Shown piece after piece: positions 29,132 to 38,839 of a stretch of DNA of 64,000 nt (positions within the stretch are counted from its first letter, which is position 1; every line of letters begins with the position of its first letter). The notes beneath the pieces are model-generated. The model saw only the letters and a program-made list of their open reading frames with translations, did no database searches and had not been told where the DNA came from. A program made the position numbers and the translations under genes. The stretch is from a bacterium (GTDB taxonomy: Bacteria; Hinthialibacterota; Hinthialibacteria; Hinthialibacterales; Hinthialibacteraceae): positions 32,001-96,000 of the forward strand of contig CAXXSM010000149.1 in assembly GCA_963663405.2 (NCBI GenBank), given 5' to 3'.

Positions 29132-29520
29132 CTTAATCTGATTCTAACTAATATCTAACACATATCTAACAAAATTAATTTTTTCTTAACATAACCTCTT
29201 CATTAATAATCATCCAACCGGAGAATTTTATTGATAATTCATGATTCAATCGATTGAAAATATGATCTGTAAACCTATGATTATTAGGAATTTACTGAAA
29301 TCAGAGGCAGCAAGTTCAATTCTTGTATTTAATAATTTTCTAACATAATCATCACTTTTAGTTAAATATTTTCCATACTATATATATAAACAACCATTCT
29401 TTTTATCTAAAAATCCTTTACTATTAAGCTGATTTTAGAAAGAGCATTCGATACTGGCCGTTTAGGGTATCGAGAAAGGATTTATGTGGAGCGGCCAAAG
29501 AATGTTAGGATTTTGTTAGG
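29132..29520. promoter_or_regulatory. 11-bp-period YYTAAY direct repeats (Pho-box/OmpR-type sites)
   Basis: CTTAAT 29132; TCTAAC 29143, 29154, 29165; TTTAAT 29328 + TCTAAC 29339; inverted GTTAGG 29504 and 29515. Confidence 0.6.
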
Positions 29521-29665
29521 GAGGAGGTGAAATCAGGTATAAAGGAGTACTTCTCGTTTTAGTGATCCCTATAAACAGTCTTAGGAATAGAAGAGGGATT
29601 AGAATCTTTGAGAAAAACACGAATCAATAAGATGAGGCTTTATTTTAAAAAAGGAGAAAGTATCA

Positions 29666-31129
29666 ATGAAAAATAAGTTTTTTTTCATCTTTGCAGTAGC
29701 TTCTGTAATTTCTTTATCACTGATGGTCAATGCGGGGTACGCCCAAGTTTTCTTTGAGGATGACTTCAACGATGGCGGAACTGCGGGCGCTGTAGAAAGA
29801 GGTTGGGAATTTATTGAAAATGAATTCGTGACCGAAGTGGGCAGTTTTTTCGTCATTGCGCCGGAATGGCCCGTAAGAGAACCTAGCTCCGACACAGGTA
29901 TCCTCAATCCTCCTACAGCGGATGGCACGGCATCTGACGGTGGTTTTTTGATTGCCGACTCCGATGCGGGAGACGGTTCCGATGACATTGGTTCCCAGTC
30001 TGATATTTACGCTATTTCTCCTGTTTTCAGCACTGAAGGCGCCAGCGAAGTCTGGTTCCACGCCGACACGGAAATTGAAATCAATAATAATGGGGAATGT
30101 GTGATGGAATTCATGGTCACCGCAGACGGTGGAGAAACTTGGATTCCCGTCTTTCAAGGAATTGAACCAGAACGAGTCATTGACTCATTCAACGGTGGCG
30201 GTGTCGGCCGGGACCGGACGGATGGATGGCCGGTATTAGGCAGCGCGTCTCACACAAAATCCTTTGGAGGAATTCATGGGCGTTGGCATTTACAATTGCC
30301 TGATGAAGTTGTGAACAAACCTGAAGTTCGATTTCGGATAGGATATTATGAACCGGCGGACGCTTGGTGGATCACAATGGATAACGTTGTTGTCGACGCT
30401 TCACCTCCCCCCATGGGATCGGAAGTGATTCTGACTGAAGATTTCGAAAATGGCATTCCCGAAACTTGGTCCAACACGACGGCGAAAGAAACTCCAACTG
30501 GTGAGGATCAGCTCTGGGACACAAAGCCGATCTGGGACGAAGATTTCGATGAACCTTACAAGTTCAGTGAAAGTATGGGATTAGCTGTTAATATCGACAT
30601 TGTCCGCCAAGCGGAATCTTTTGATCTTGTTCTCGATCTTGACAATCCCGATGAATATTTTAATCCAAAAGGCGTCTTGGATGGCCGTTGGGTTCTTATG
30701 TTGGCCGGTCAAGGCTATGCGATGTGGCAGGAAGGCGATTTAGACCAGCTGAATGGTGTCAGTGAAGGAGCGAATTTAGATACGCCGGTTCTGGATTGCA
30801 GCAATTACACAGGAGTTTATCTCGCTTTTGATTCAGAATTGCTCGTAGGAAACAGCTCGGCGCGATATGAAGTGTATGTCAGCGCTGATGGCGGCGCCTC
30901 CTTTGATCGATTATTCACTTACACCGAAGCCTTAATGAACTATGAAGAAGCCCCTTACTTCGACCGTCACTATCTCGAAGCGCCCCAGGCGGCCGGTCAG
31001 AGTGAAGTTATTTTCCGTTTTCAAGCCATCGGGGAAGATCCTGGTGAAATGGAAGGATTTTGGGTTATTGATAACGTCAGCATAACCGCTGATTCCGGCA
31101 CACCCGTTACCGATTGGGTCTTATATTAA
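29666..31129 (+). CDS. Secreted acidic protein, two MAM/cleaved-adhesin-like jelly-roll domains, C-terminal TPVTDWVLY tail
   Basis: AAGGAG RBS; signal peptide ending AGYA; two repeats of E.F...[ST]PV...V[TS]ADGG..[WF]...EV.FR...W..DNV. Confidence 0.8.
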   Translation: MKNKFFFIFAVASVISLSLMVNAGYAQVFFEDDFNDGGTAGAVERGWEFIENEFVTEVGSFFVIAPEWPVREPSSDTGILNPPTADGTASDGGFLIADSDAGDGSDDIGSQSDIYAISPVFSTEGASEVWFHADTEIEINNNGECVMEFMVTADGGETWIPVFQGIEPERVIDSFNGGGVGRDRTDGWPVLGSASHTKSFGGIHGRWHLQLPDEVVNKPEVRFRIGYYEPADAWWITMDNVVVDASPPPMGSEVILTEDFENGIPETWSNTTAKETPTGEDQLWDTKPIWDEDFDEPYKFSESMGLAVNIDIVRQAESFDLVLDLDNPDEYFNPKGVLDGRWVLMLAGQGYAMWQEGDLDQLNGVSEGANLDTPVLDCSNYTGVYLAFDSELLVGNSSARYEVYVSADGGASFDRLFTYTEALMNYEEAPYFDRHYLEAPQAAGQSEVIFRFQAIGEDPGEMEGFWVIDNVSITADSGTPVTDWVLY

Positions 31130-31166
31130 TTAGATCGTTGCGGTGTGAAAAGTTTTGAGTGTTTAG

Positions 31167-31201
31167 AAAGGGATGCGCCGTTGATCTGGCGCATCCCTTT
31201 T
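31167..31201 (+). terminator. Intrinsic terminator between tailed protein and pilin genes
   Basis: 13-bp perfect stem AAAGGGATGCGCC / GGCGCATCCCTTT ending in a T run. Confidence 0.75.
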
Positions 31202-31330
31202 GACGAGAATCAAGCGGTTCCTCTTTTATTAAGATTATTGTGGACATTTCTATTAACATTTTTGTTTAGTATATTTAGAAAATTAAATAGATTGCCGTTT
31301 AATCCTTTTTATTCATACAGGAGACCGAGA

Positions 31331-31966
31331 ATGAAAAACAAAGTAGTTAAAAGGGGATTTACTCTCATTGAACTTCTCATCGTGGTCGCCATTATCGGAA
31401 TTTTGGCGGCGATCGCCGTGCCCAATTTTTTGAACGCCCAGATCCGGGCGAAGATCTCCCGGTGTGTGGCGGATATCCGGATGCTGAATCAGCAAGTCAC
31501 GATTTTTCATATGGATAAAAACCGGTGGCTGATCGACGGCAACGATTGTGATGGCTCATCAGAATGTTGTTTCGAAGGTGAATATATCGGGAAACATCCA
31601 AATACATCGAATGTTTCTGTCCTGCAGGGCGCCAATCATTTTGATGGGCGTATTTATCAACCTTTAACTACTCCCATCGCGTACATCAGCAGTATTCCCA
31701 TTGATCCATTCAGCGATGGTTTGTTCTATTCCTATGAAGATTGGGATTGCTCGAATAATGGAGGTTTCTTCGGGCTTTTAGCGGCGACCGGTCCGGATGC
31801 GGATAATGGCGATTGGCATCCCGATCAGCGGTCCATTGTATACTATGGGACAAACGGTCTTGCAAGCAACGGCGACATCTGGTACATCTGGCTGTTCAAA
31901 CCTGGTTATACCAATACCCAATATGAAACCTACTTTAAAAAATCCGGTTGGAGCGCTCAATATTAA
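31331..31966 (+). CDS. Prepilin-type N-terminal cleavage/methylation protein (GspG-like paralogue)
   Basis: AGGAG RBS; MKNKVVKRG|FTLIELLIVVAIIGILAAIAVPNFLNAQIRAK; LTTPIAYISSIPIDPF; TGPD; TNGLASNGDI. Confidence 0.92.
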   Translation: MKNKVVKRGFTLIELLIVVAIIGILAAIAVPNFLNAQIRAKISRCVADIRMLNQQVTIFHMDKNRWLIDGNDCDGSSECCFEGEYIGKHPNTSNVSVLQGANHFDGRIYQPLTTPIAYISSIPIDPFSDGLFYSYEDWDCSNNGGFFGLLAATGPDADNGDWHPDQRSIVYYGTNGLASNGDIWYIWLFKPGYTNTQYETYFKKSGWSAQY

Positions 31967-32100
31967 GCCGGTCTTATCTCTTCTATCTGCCGCTAGACCG
32001 AAAATGGTCTCCATAAATCGAAGCGCCGCTATTTTACTTTCTAACGTTTCTATAATCATTCATATTCTGTTATATACGCTTTTGGAAAAGAGAGAATTCG

Positions 32101-33213
32101 ATGAAGGCGGAAATCAAATGTTTTGCTTCTAGTATTGGTTTCGACGCTGTGGGGGTAGCGCGGCCTGCGCCCACGACGTGGGAGCGATATAGAGATTGGG
32201 TGTCGAGGGGGTATCATGGTGAAATGGGGTATCTTGAAACTCGTTCGCTTGCCCGGCGCGATCTCTCCCGGTTCGCCAATCCACCCGGCAGTGTCATTGT
32301 TTTCGCCAAACAATATTTCCCTCTTGAATACTCTCCAGTGGATCGAGATGGACCGTTTGATGGGTTTGTTTCCCAGTACGCATGGGGGGATGATTATCAT
32401 GATATCGTCGCGGATGGTTTAAAGAAAATCTGTGAATTCATACACCAGCGGACGGATGGACGGGAGCGAGCGCGGTGGCTTGTGGACACGGCGCCGATCT
32501 TGGAGCGGGATTTCGCCGCGCAGGCGGGAATTGGTTGGTTTGGGAAACACACTCATATACTTAGCCGAACCTTGGGAAACTGGTTTTTCTTGGGGGAGAT
32601 CGTCACGACGTTACAGTTGGAGCCGGACGCTCCCGTCTCCTCGCGGTGTGGGACCTGTACGCGTTGTCTGGATGTTTGTCCCACTGGGGCGTTTGCCGCT
32701 CCTTATGTTCTTGACGCCCGGCGATGTATCTCTTATCTCACGATTGAACATAAAGGCCCGATTCCCCGTGAACTGCGGCCAAAACTCGGCCGCCGGATTT
32801 ATGGATGTGATGAATGCCTCTCTGTATGTCCATGGAACCGTTTCACCACGCCCATCAAGGACACAAGATTGCAGCCCCGCCAGGAATGGATGACACTGGA
32901 TTTAATCGAATTGATGGGATTGACCGATGATGAATTCCGCCAACGCTTCAAAGGGAGTCCGATAAAACGGATCAAGCGCCGCGGCTTGCTGCGCAACGCG
33001 GCGGTCGCGCTGGGAAACACAAAAGATCCCCGTGCGGTTTCGGCGCTGATCAAATCCTTGGGAGATGGTGAACCATTGATCCGGAGTCACGCGGCGTGGG
33101 CGCTGGGCGCAATCAGGGGGGAGGAGGCGAGACGGGCGCTGCGAAGAGCGTTGGTCGATGAAACGGATCCGATGGTTCTAAGAGAAGTTGAATACGCATT
33201 GAAAATTGATTGA
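32101..33213 (+). CDS. queG: tRNA epoxyqueuosine reductase QueG
   Basis: YAWGDDYH, VDTAPILER, CGTCTRCLDVCPTGA, RRCISYLTIE, IYGCDECLSVCPWN, and a HEAT-repeat tail. Confidence 0.97.
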   Translation: MKAEIKCFASSIGFDAVGVARPAPTTWERYRDWVSRGYHGEMGYLETRSLARRDLSRFANPPGSVIVFAKQYFPLEYSPVDRDGPFDGFVSQYAWGDDYHDIVADGLKKICEFIHQRTDGRERARWLVDTAPILERDFAAQAGIGWFGKHTHILSRTLGNWFFLGEIVTTLQLEPDAPVSSRCGTCTRCLDVCPTGAFAAPYVLDARRCISYLTIEHKGPIPRELRPKLGRRIYGCDECLSVCPWNRFTTPIKDTRLQPRQEWMTLDLIELMGLTDDEFRQRFKGSPIKRIKRRGLLRNAAVALGNTKDPRAVSALIKSLGDGEPLIRSHAAWALGAIRGEEARRALRRALVDETDPMVLREVEYALKID

Positions 33214-33238
33214 CAAATTAATTGGGGTATAAGATAAT
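33210..33238 (+). promoter_or_regulatory. Sigma70-type promoter of the TA operon
   Basis: TTGACA (33210-33215), 17-bp spacer, GATAAT (33233-33238), about 22 bp before the start codon. Confidence 0.65.
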
Positions 33239-33260
33239 CTGATTCCGAAAGGAAGTTATT

Positions 33261-33629
33261 ATGCCGGAAACCAAAGTTTATTTTTATAGAGAAAATGATA
33301 AAGTTGTTCCGGTATTTGATTGGTTGAAAGGGATTTACAAGAAAGACTTTAAGGCTTATACATATTGTATTGAACGTATTGATCTGTTGAAGGAATTTGG
33401 GCATCAATTGAGAAGGCCACATGCGGATTACCTACAAGATGGAATTTATGAACTAAGGATTAAGAGCCGAAGAACACAATACCGGATTCTATATTTTTTC
33501 CATGGGCAGAATGCTATAATATTGGCGCATGGTTTGATAAAAGAAGATAAAATACTTCTAGTAGATATCGAGCGAGCTAAAAGACGAAAAGCCATCTACG
33601 AAAGTAACCCGGATAATCACCGGTATTAG
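33261..33629 (+). CDS. RelE/ParE-superfamily toxin (Gp49/HigB-like)
   Basis: G..LRRPHADYL.DGIYELR...YRILYFF....IILAHG..K. Confidence 0.88.
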   Translation: MPETKVYFYRENDKVVPVFDWLKGIYKKDFKAYTYCIERIDLLKEFGHQLRRPHADYLQDGIYELRIKSRRTQYRILYFFHGQNAIILAHGLIKEDKILLVDIERAKRRKAIYESNPDNHRY

Positions 33630-33637
33630 GATAAAAA

Positions 33638-33946
33638 ATGATCGATCAAGGAAAAGACGCCGTTCAGGTTTTGAAAGAGTTCGCTGGGGATCATCCCGAT
33701 TTTGAACGGTTCTATCAGGAAGCGCGTATCAATTCCATTGTCGCGCAGATCGTGTATGATGCGCGAATGGACGCCGGTGTCACACAAGTGGAACTCGCCA
33801 GTCTTGCAGGAACATCTCCACAAGTAATATCCCAATTGGAGGACGCTGATTATGAAGGGGATACTTTCTATATGATCCAGAAAATCGCCACCGTGTTGAA
33901 TCGGCGAATCGATATGCGGTTAGTCCCAATTGATTCAAACGATTAA
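33638..33946 (+). CDS. XRE-family HTH antitoxin (HigA-like)
   Basis: AR..AGVTQ.ELA..AGTS.QVISQLEDADYEG, immediately downstream of the toxin. Confidence 0.88.
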   Translation: MIDQGKDAVQVLKEFAGDHPDFERFYQEARINSIVAQIVYDARMDAGVTQVELASLAGTSPQVISQLEDADYEGDTFYMIQKIATVLNRRIDMRLVPIDSND

Positions 33947-34234
33947 GTTGTATTTATCTACTGCTGATTTCCTTTTACTTTTATCTACCGATTATTATTT
34001 CAATTTTCATCTCCACAATAAGCCTTTCCTTAAAGTCATTAAGATGCTCCAAGTTAGAATTGTTTTCTTCATTTACGCATTTTGATTTCAAATCATGATG
34101 GCTTTTATAAAAAGAGAATTGTTTGATTTCTTGTGGGTATCCAATCCATCCGAGTATAATCTCATCTTAAGAAGTCATCTAAAATCGTGTGATACGCAAT
34201 CAAACTGGAATGAATTTTCTTAAAGGAAAATAGT

Positions 34235-36457
34235 ATGAGTGGTCATATAACTCTGACCTATCAACAGCGTTTGGAGAGTTTACGGTCAATTAAACTGGAG
34301 CAAACGAGAGAAAAACAACGCCTCAAAGGCGCGATGGATATGGACGATCAGGGACAAGTTCTCCCACCGATGGATCAAGCGGAGATGATTGAGATTATCA
34401 GCGGTTCGGGCGTCAAAGTGAAAGAATTTGTATTAAAGGATTTTCGCGCACAAACAGATCATCCCAGTGGCGGCATCTTCGGTCCCAAATCATGTGGCGT
34501 CAATTTTAAGGCGTTGTTGGATGTTCATCCAACGTATATCCAACCACTCAACTCGATGGCGGGTGTATACCGGGTCTATTTTATCAGCCATCGTGATCCC
34601 GCTTGGAATCCAGAATTCGATTGTTTGCCCATCACGAAACGGTTGGAGCAATACGGCGTAATCGATCATGGGATCGGCGGCGTACAGCATTTTTGCCCGG
34701 ATCTGACTATCGGCTTGGAACTCGGTTGGGAAGGCTTGAAAAACAAAGTACAACATTACCACAAGTTAAATCCGGATAAGTCTGATTTTTATGATGGACT
34801 GGAGGCTATCCTGACCGGCGTTCAGCATTGGATCCAGCGTCATTCGGACGACGCGCGGCGGATGGCGGAAGAGGAAGAACACCCCCAACTTATCGAAAAC
34901 TTGTTGACGATCGCGGATATCTGCGAGCGGCTCGTTTATCTTCCCCCCAATTCCTTCCGGGAAGCATGCCAGTGGCTGGTGTTCTTCCAAGCTGTGGCCA
35001 AGATGTACAATGGAAGCGGTGAATGGGGTCAATTGGATGAATTGCTAAGACCGTATTATGAAAAAGATATGCGGCGGGGTGTCCTGACTGATGAAGAGGC
35101 TGTTTTTCATATCGCCTGTCTGCTCCTCAGCGAGACCGCTTACATTCAATTGGGGGGGCCGGACGCCCAGGGGAACGACCTGACCAGCCATGTATCGTTT
35201 CTGATCTTGGAAGCGATTCATCAATTGAAAATACCCGCGAATATCGCCTTGCGCGTCAGCGATGATATGAATCCTGATCTCTTCCGGCGCGGATTGGAAA
35301 TCCTCTGTGAGGACAAAATGGGATTCCCGAAATTCATTGGAGACAAGCCACTGATCGAGGGATGCTTAAAAAGCGGTTTTACAGTTGATGAAGCCCGGCG
35401 CCGTATTTATGCGGGTTGTCATTGGATGGCTGTTCCCGGACGGGAATACGGCTTGATGGATATGATCAAGCTGGATTTCGCATGGTTGTTTGATCGCGCT
35501 TTGAAAGAGATGATGGCTGATAATTCGATTGCGCCAAGTGTGGAGGAATTATGGAACCGGTTTGAGAAATTGATCCGGGGCGCCGTGGTTGCGATCGCCT
35601 TGGGGATTGATTTTCATATGGAACATATGCATCAAGTGTTCCCCGAATTGTTCCTGGATCTATTTTGTCACGGCCCTGTTGAAAAGGGAGAAGACATCAG
35701 TCATGGGGGAGTGGATATTTATAAAATCGGAGTCGACGGCGCGTCACTCGCCACAGTCGCCGACTCGTTCGCGGCGATAGAACAGCGTGTTGAAAAGGAC
35801 AGCCGGTTGACGTGGGAAGAATTGATGAACCATATCGAATCCGATTGGCAGGGAAAGGAAGGGGAACAAGCGCGGCGCCTAATGAAGACGATCCCCCGGT
35901 TTGGAAGAGGAGGCTCGTCCGCCGATGAATGGGCCGTTCGGATATCGAAAACCTTCAGCCGTATCGTGATTGAAAAGAAAACCCCCAATGGTTTTTCAAT
36001 GATTCCAGGACTGTTCTCCTGGGCGCGTGTAATTGATTATGGAAAACGATTAGGCGCAACGCCAGACGGACGGAAAGCGGGAGAGCCGGTTTCACATGGT
36101 CCCAATCCAGCGCCTGGCTTCAATTGTGGAAAACCGGGCACTCCAACCCAACTCTCCACGGCCGTCGCCTCGGTCCAACCGGGTTATGGGAATTCCGCTC
36201 CATTACAACTTGACTTGGATCCCTCCATTGCGGAAGATGACGAAGGAATTGAAAAAACCGGCGCTTTGATCCGCGCTCATTTTGACTTGGGTGGGACGAT
36301 GATTAATATCAATGTTATGAATAAGAAGCAGATTCTTGAAGCGTATGAAGAACCATCCCGCTATCCCGATTTGATAGTGCGTGTGACGGGATTCAGCGCC
36401 TATTTTGCCAGTTTATCGGATGAAATGCGGAAATATATTGTCGATCGGCTTGTTTAG
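34235..36457 (+). CDS. Glycyl radical enzyme (PFL superfamily, unknown substrate)
   Basis: C-terminal YPDLIVRVTGFSAYF (Gly719), GATPDGRKAGEP, and a single-Cys loop YAGCHW (Cys395). Confidence 0.92.
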   Translation: MSGHITLTYQQRLESLRSIKLEQTREKQRLKGAMDMDDQGQVLPPMDQAEMIEIISGSGVKVKEFVLKDFRAQTDHPSGGIFGPKSCGVNFKALLDVHPTYIQPLNSMAGVYRVYFISHRDPAWNPEFDCLPITKRLEQYGVIDHGIGGVQHFCPDLTIGLELGWEGLKNKVQHYHKLNPDKSDFYDGLEAILTGVQHWIQRHSDDARRMAEEEEHPQLIENLLTIADICERLVYLPPNSFREACQWLVFFQAVAKMYNGSGEWGQLDELLRPYYEKDMRRGVLTDEEAVFHIACLLLSETAYIQLGGPDAQGNDLTSHVSFLILEAIHQLKIPANIALRVSDDMNPDLFRRGLEILCEDKMGFPKFIGDKPLIEGCLKSGFTVDEARRRIYAGCHWMAVPGREYGLMDMIKLDFAWLFDRALKEMMADNSIAPSVEELWNRFEKLIRGAVVAIALGIDFHMEHMHQVFPELFLDLFCHGPVEKGEDISHGGVDIYKIGVDGASLATVADSFAAIEQRVEKDSRLTWEELMNHIESDWQGKEGEQARRLMKTIPRFGRGGSSADEWAVRISKTFSRIVIEKKTPNGFSMIPGLFSWARVIDYGKRLGATPDGRKAGEPVSHGPNPAPGFNCGKPGTPTQLSTAVASVQPGYGNSAPLQLDLDPSIAEDDEGIEKTGALIRAHFDLGGTMININVMNKKQILEAYEEPSRYPDLIVRVTGFSAYFASLSDEMRKYIVDRLV

Positions 36458-36466
36458 CGAATTGGA

Positions 36467-37387
36467 TTGCGCAAAGGATTGGATGTGAAAGGTCTTGTTT
36501 TTGATATTGAGCGATTTGCCGTTCATGACGGCCCGGGGATTCGGACGACGGTGTTTTTGAAAGGATGTCCTCTTCGATGTAAGTGGTGTCATAATCCTGA
36601 ATCGATCTCATTTGATCCCGAATTACTGCTGACAACGGAGTTATGCGTATCCTGTGGAGCGTGTGTTGAAATCTGCGGGCAAAACGCGCATGTCTTTGTT
36701 GACAACCGCCATATGATGAATCGGGAACGCTGTATTCTCTGCGGTGAATGCGTTCAACATTGTATAACCGGGGCGTTGGAGATTGCGGGAAATGAAAGGT
36801 CTGTTGAGGATGTTTTGGGTGAAATTCTTTGTGACCGGCCCTACTATCAACGATCGGGCGGTGGATTGACTGTGTCCGGGGGAGAACCGCTGGCGCATCA
36901 TGCGTTCACTATTGCCTTGTTGGAGGCCGCCCGTAAGGAGAGAATCCATTGCGCGCTGGATACGTCCGGCTTGGCTCCCTGGCCGATTTTCAAAGAGGTC
37001 TCAGAGCGTGCGGATTTGATACTCTATGATTTAAAGCACATCGATCGTGAACGGCATAAACAACTGACAGGCGTGTATAACGATATCATTTTGGAAAACT
37101 TGGAAAGATTGGATCAAGCAGATATTCCAATCTGGATTCGGATTCCATTAGTTCCCGGTCAAAACAATGATGATATTACTTTTCACGAACTCGGCGCTTT
37201 TCTCGCTCGCAGGAACAACATCCGGCGGGTGGAGATTGTGCGTTACAACCGCCTGGCGGAATCCAAGTACGAACGGTTGAATCAATCGTATTCTTTTCGT
37301 GGATTACGCATACCCTTGATGGAAGAGGCGGAATCGAGGAAAGAGATATTAATGCGATATGGGCTGAAATCAGTTGTATGCCGGTGA
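36467..37387 (+). CDS. Glycyl-radical activating enzyme (radical SAM with ferredoxin insert)
   Basis: HDGPGIRTTVFLKGCPLRCKWCHNPES, two CxxCxxCxxxC motifs, SGGEP. An alternative GTG start lies at 36485. Confidence 0.95.
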   Translation: MRKGLDVKGLVFDIERFAVHDGPGIRTTVFLKGCPLRCKWCHNPESISFDPELLLTTELCVSCGACVEICGQNAHVFVDNRHMMNRERCILCGECVQHCITGALEIAGNERSVEDVLGEILCDRPYYQRSGGGLTVSGGEPLAHHAFTIALLEAARKERIHCALDTSGLAPWPIFKEVSERADLILYDLKHIDRERHKQLTGVYNDIILENLERLDQADIPIWIRIPLVPGQNNDDITFHELGAFLARRNNIRRVEIVRYNRLAESKYERLNQSYSFRGLRIPLMEEAESRKEILMRYGLKSVVCR

Positions 37388-37614
37388 ATAAACGTTGAAT
37401 CATAAACATGTAAAAATATATGTATGGGTGTTATAACCTGATAGTCCATGAGTCCATTTTTTATAGAAAACTTGTAGTCTTTTTTATTAAGGTGGAGGTA
37501 AAAAAAAGCCTTGTAAGACGATTCTTTTGCCTGTCTTGATTATGCTTATTCTTACATTTACATTATTCTCAAAACTCATTATATTGTCTTTCTATAGACT
37601 TTGTGGAGGGAAAT

Positions 37615-38664
37615 ATGTTACAGCATAATTTGACTCGGCGGAAATTTATACGTACTGTGACTCTGAGCGCTGCGATGGCGAATTCAATTAATTCAAAAGC
37701 AGTATCGCAATCGGTACATGAATTGTTTTGGGGATGTTTATTGCATTTGAGTTTCAACATGTGGGAGAGTTTTATCTCGCCTCATCGTCCTTTTCGTGGT
37801 TATCGGCCGGACCTGGAACTCAGCGAGAGACTCTGGAACGATGCGTTGGATCGTATGGCTGAATGTGGTGTTAATACACTCGTTATCGATCTCGGTGACG
37901 CAGTGAAATATAAAAGTCATCCAGAAATAGCCGTCAATAACGCTTGGTCTGTAGAACGTTTAAAACAGGAATTATCCAGGATTCGCAGCATGGGGATGAA
38001 TCCAATCCCTAAACTGAACTTTTCAGCGACACATGATACTTGGCTTGGACCTTATGCCCGCATGGTTTCCACCAAACCATATTATGCTGTTTGCCGTGAT
38101 ATCATTATAGAAGTGGCGGAAATATTTGACGGGCCTTCGTTGTTTCACTTAGGTATGGATGAAGAGACTGCTGAACACCAACAGTATTATAAATATGTTG
38201 TAGTGCGCCAAGGTGAACAATGGTGGAATGACTTACATTTCTTGATTGATGAAGTCGTAAAAAACGGTTCCCGGCCTTGGGTATGGTCAGATTATGAATG
38301 GAACCATCCAGATGAATTTTTCAAGAATATGCCAAAATCAGTTCTGCAGAGCAATTGGTATTACGGTGAGAAATTTGACATAAAACATGAACATGTAAAA
38401 GCTTATCTTGATTTAGAAAAACATGGTTACGATCAAGTCCCTACGGCGAGCTTTCATACGACTAATTCGAAGAGTATCGAAAACACAGTTCAATTTTGCT
38501 CTCAATGCATAACTGAACAGCATTTAAAGGGATTTCTACAAACCATTTGGAAACCTGCGATTGAAGAGTATCGAGACCGTTATCTTGAAGGAATTGAGTT
38601 ATTAGGGAGGGCGAAGAAAGAGTATGAAAGACGAACTAAGTATGACAATGAATCGAAGGGATGA
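37615..38664 (+). CDS. Tat-exported TIM-barrel protein, GH20-like
   Basis: LTRRKFIR Tat motif; Y.SHPEI, IPKLNFS..H and FHLGMDE resemble the hexosaminidase H.G.DE motif. Confidence 0.65.
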   Translation: MLQHNLTRRKFIRTVTLSAAMANSINSKAVSQSVHELFWGCLLHLSFNMWESFISPHRPFRGYRPDLELSERLWNDALDRMAECGVNTLVIDLGDAVKYKSHPEIAVNNAWSVERLKQELSRIRSMGMNPIPKLNFSATHDTWLGPYARMVSTKPYYAVCRDIIIEVAEIFDGPSLFHLGMDEETAEHQQYYKYVVVRQGEQWWNDLHFLIDEVVKNGSRPWVWSDYEWNHPDEFFKNMPKSVLQSNWYYGEKFDIKHEHVKAYLDLEKHGYDQVPTASFHTTNSKSIENTVQFCSQCITEQHLKGFLQTIWKPAIEEYRDRYLEGIELLGRAKKEYERRTKYDNESKG

Positions 38665-38839
38665 AACACATAATATATCTTTCGAACTGTGTTTATTTAA
38701 ATATTTTATCACAAAATTAATTGAGTAATAATTTTTTACAGAATAATTTGTCTGTTTAATTTCCTTTGTTTGTATTTGAAAAACTGGAATCAATGGATTT
38801 GCGAGATCGGAGTTAAGAATGTCGTGAAAGGATAAAACA

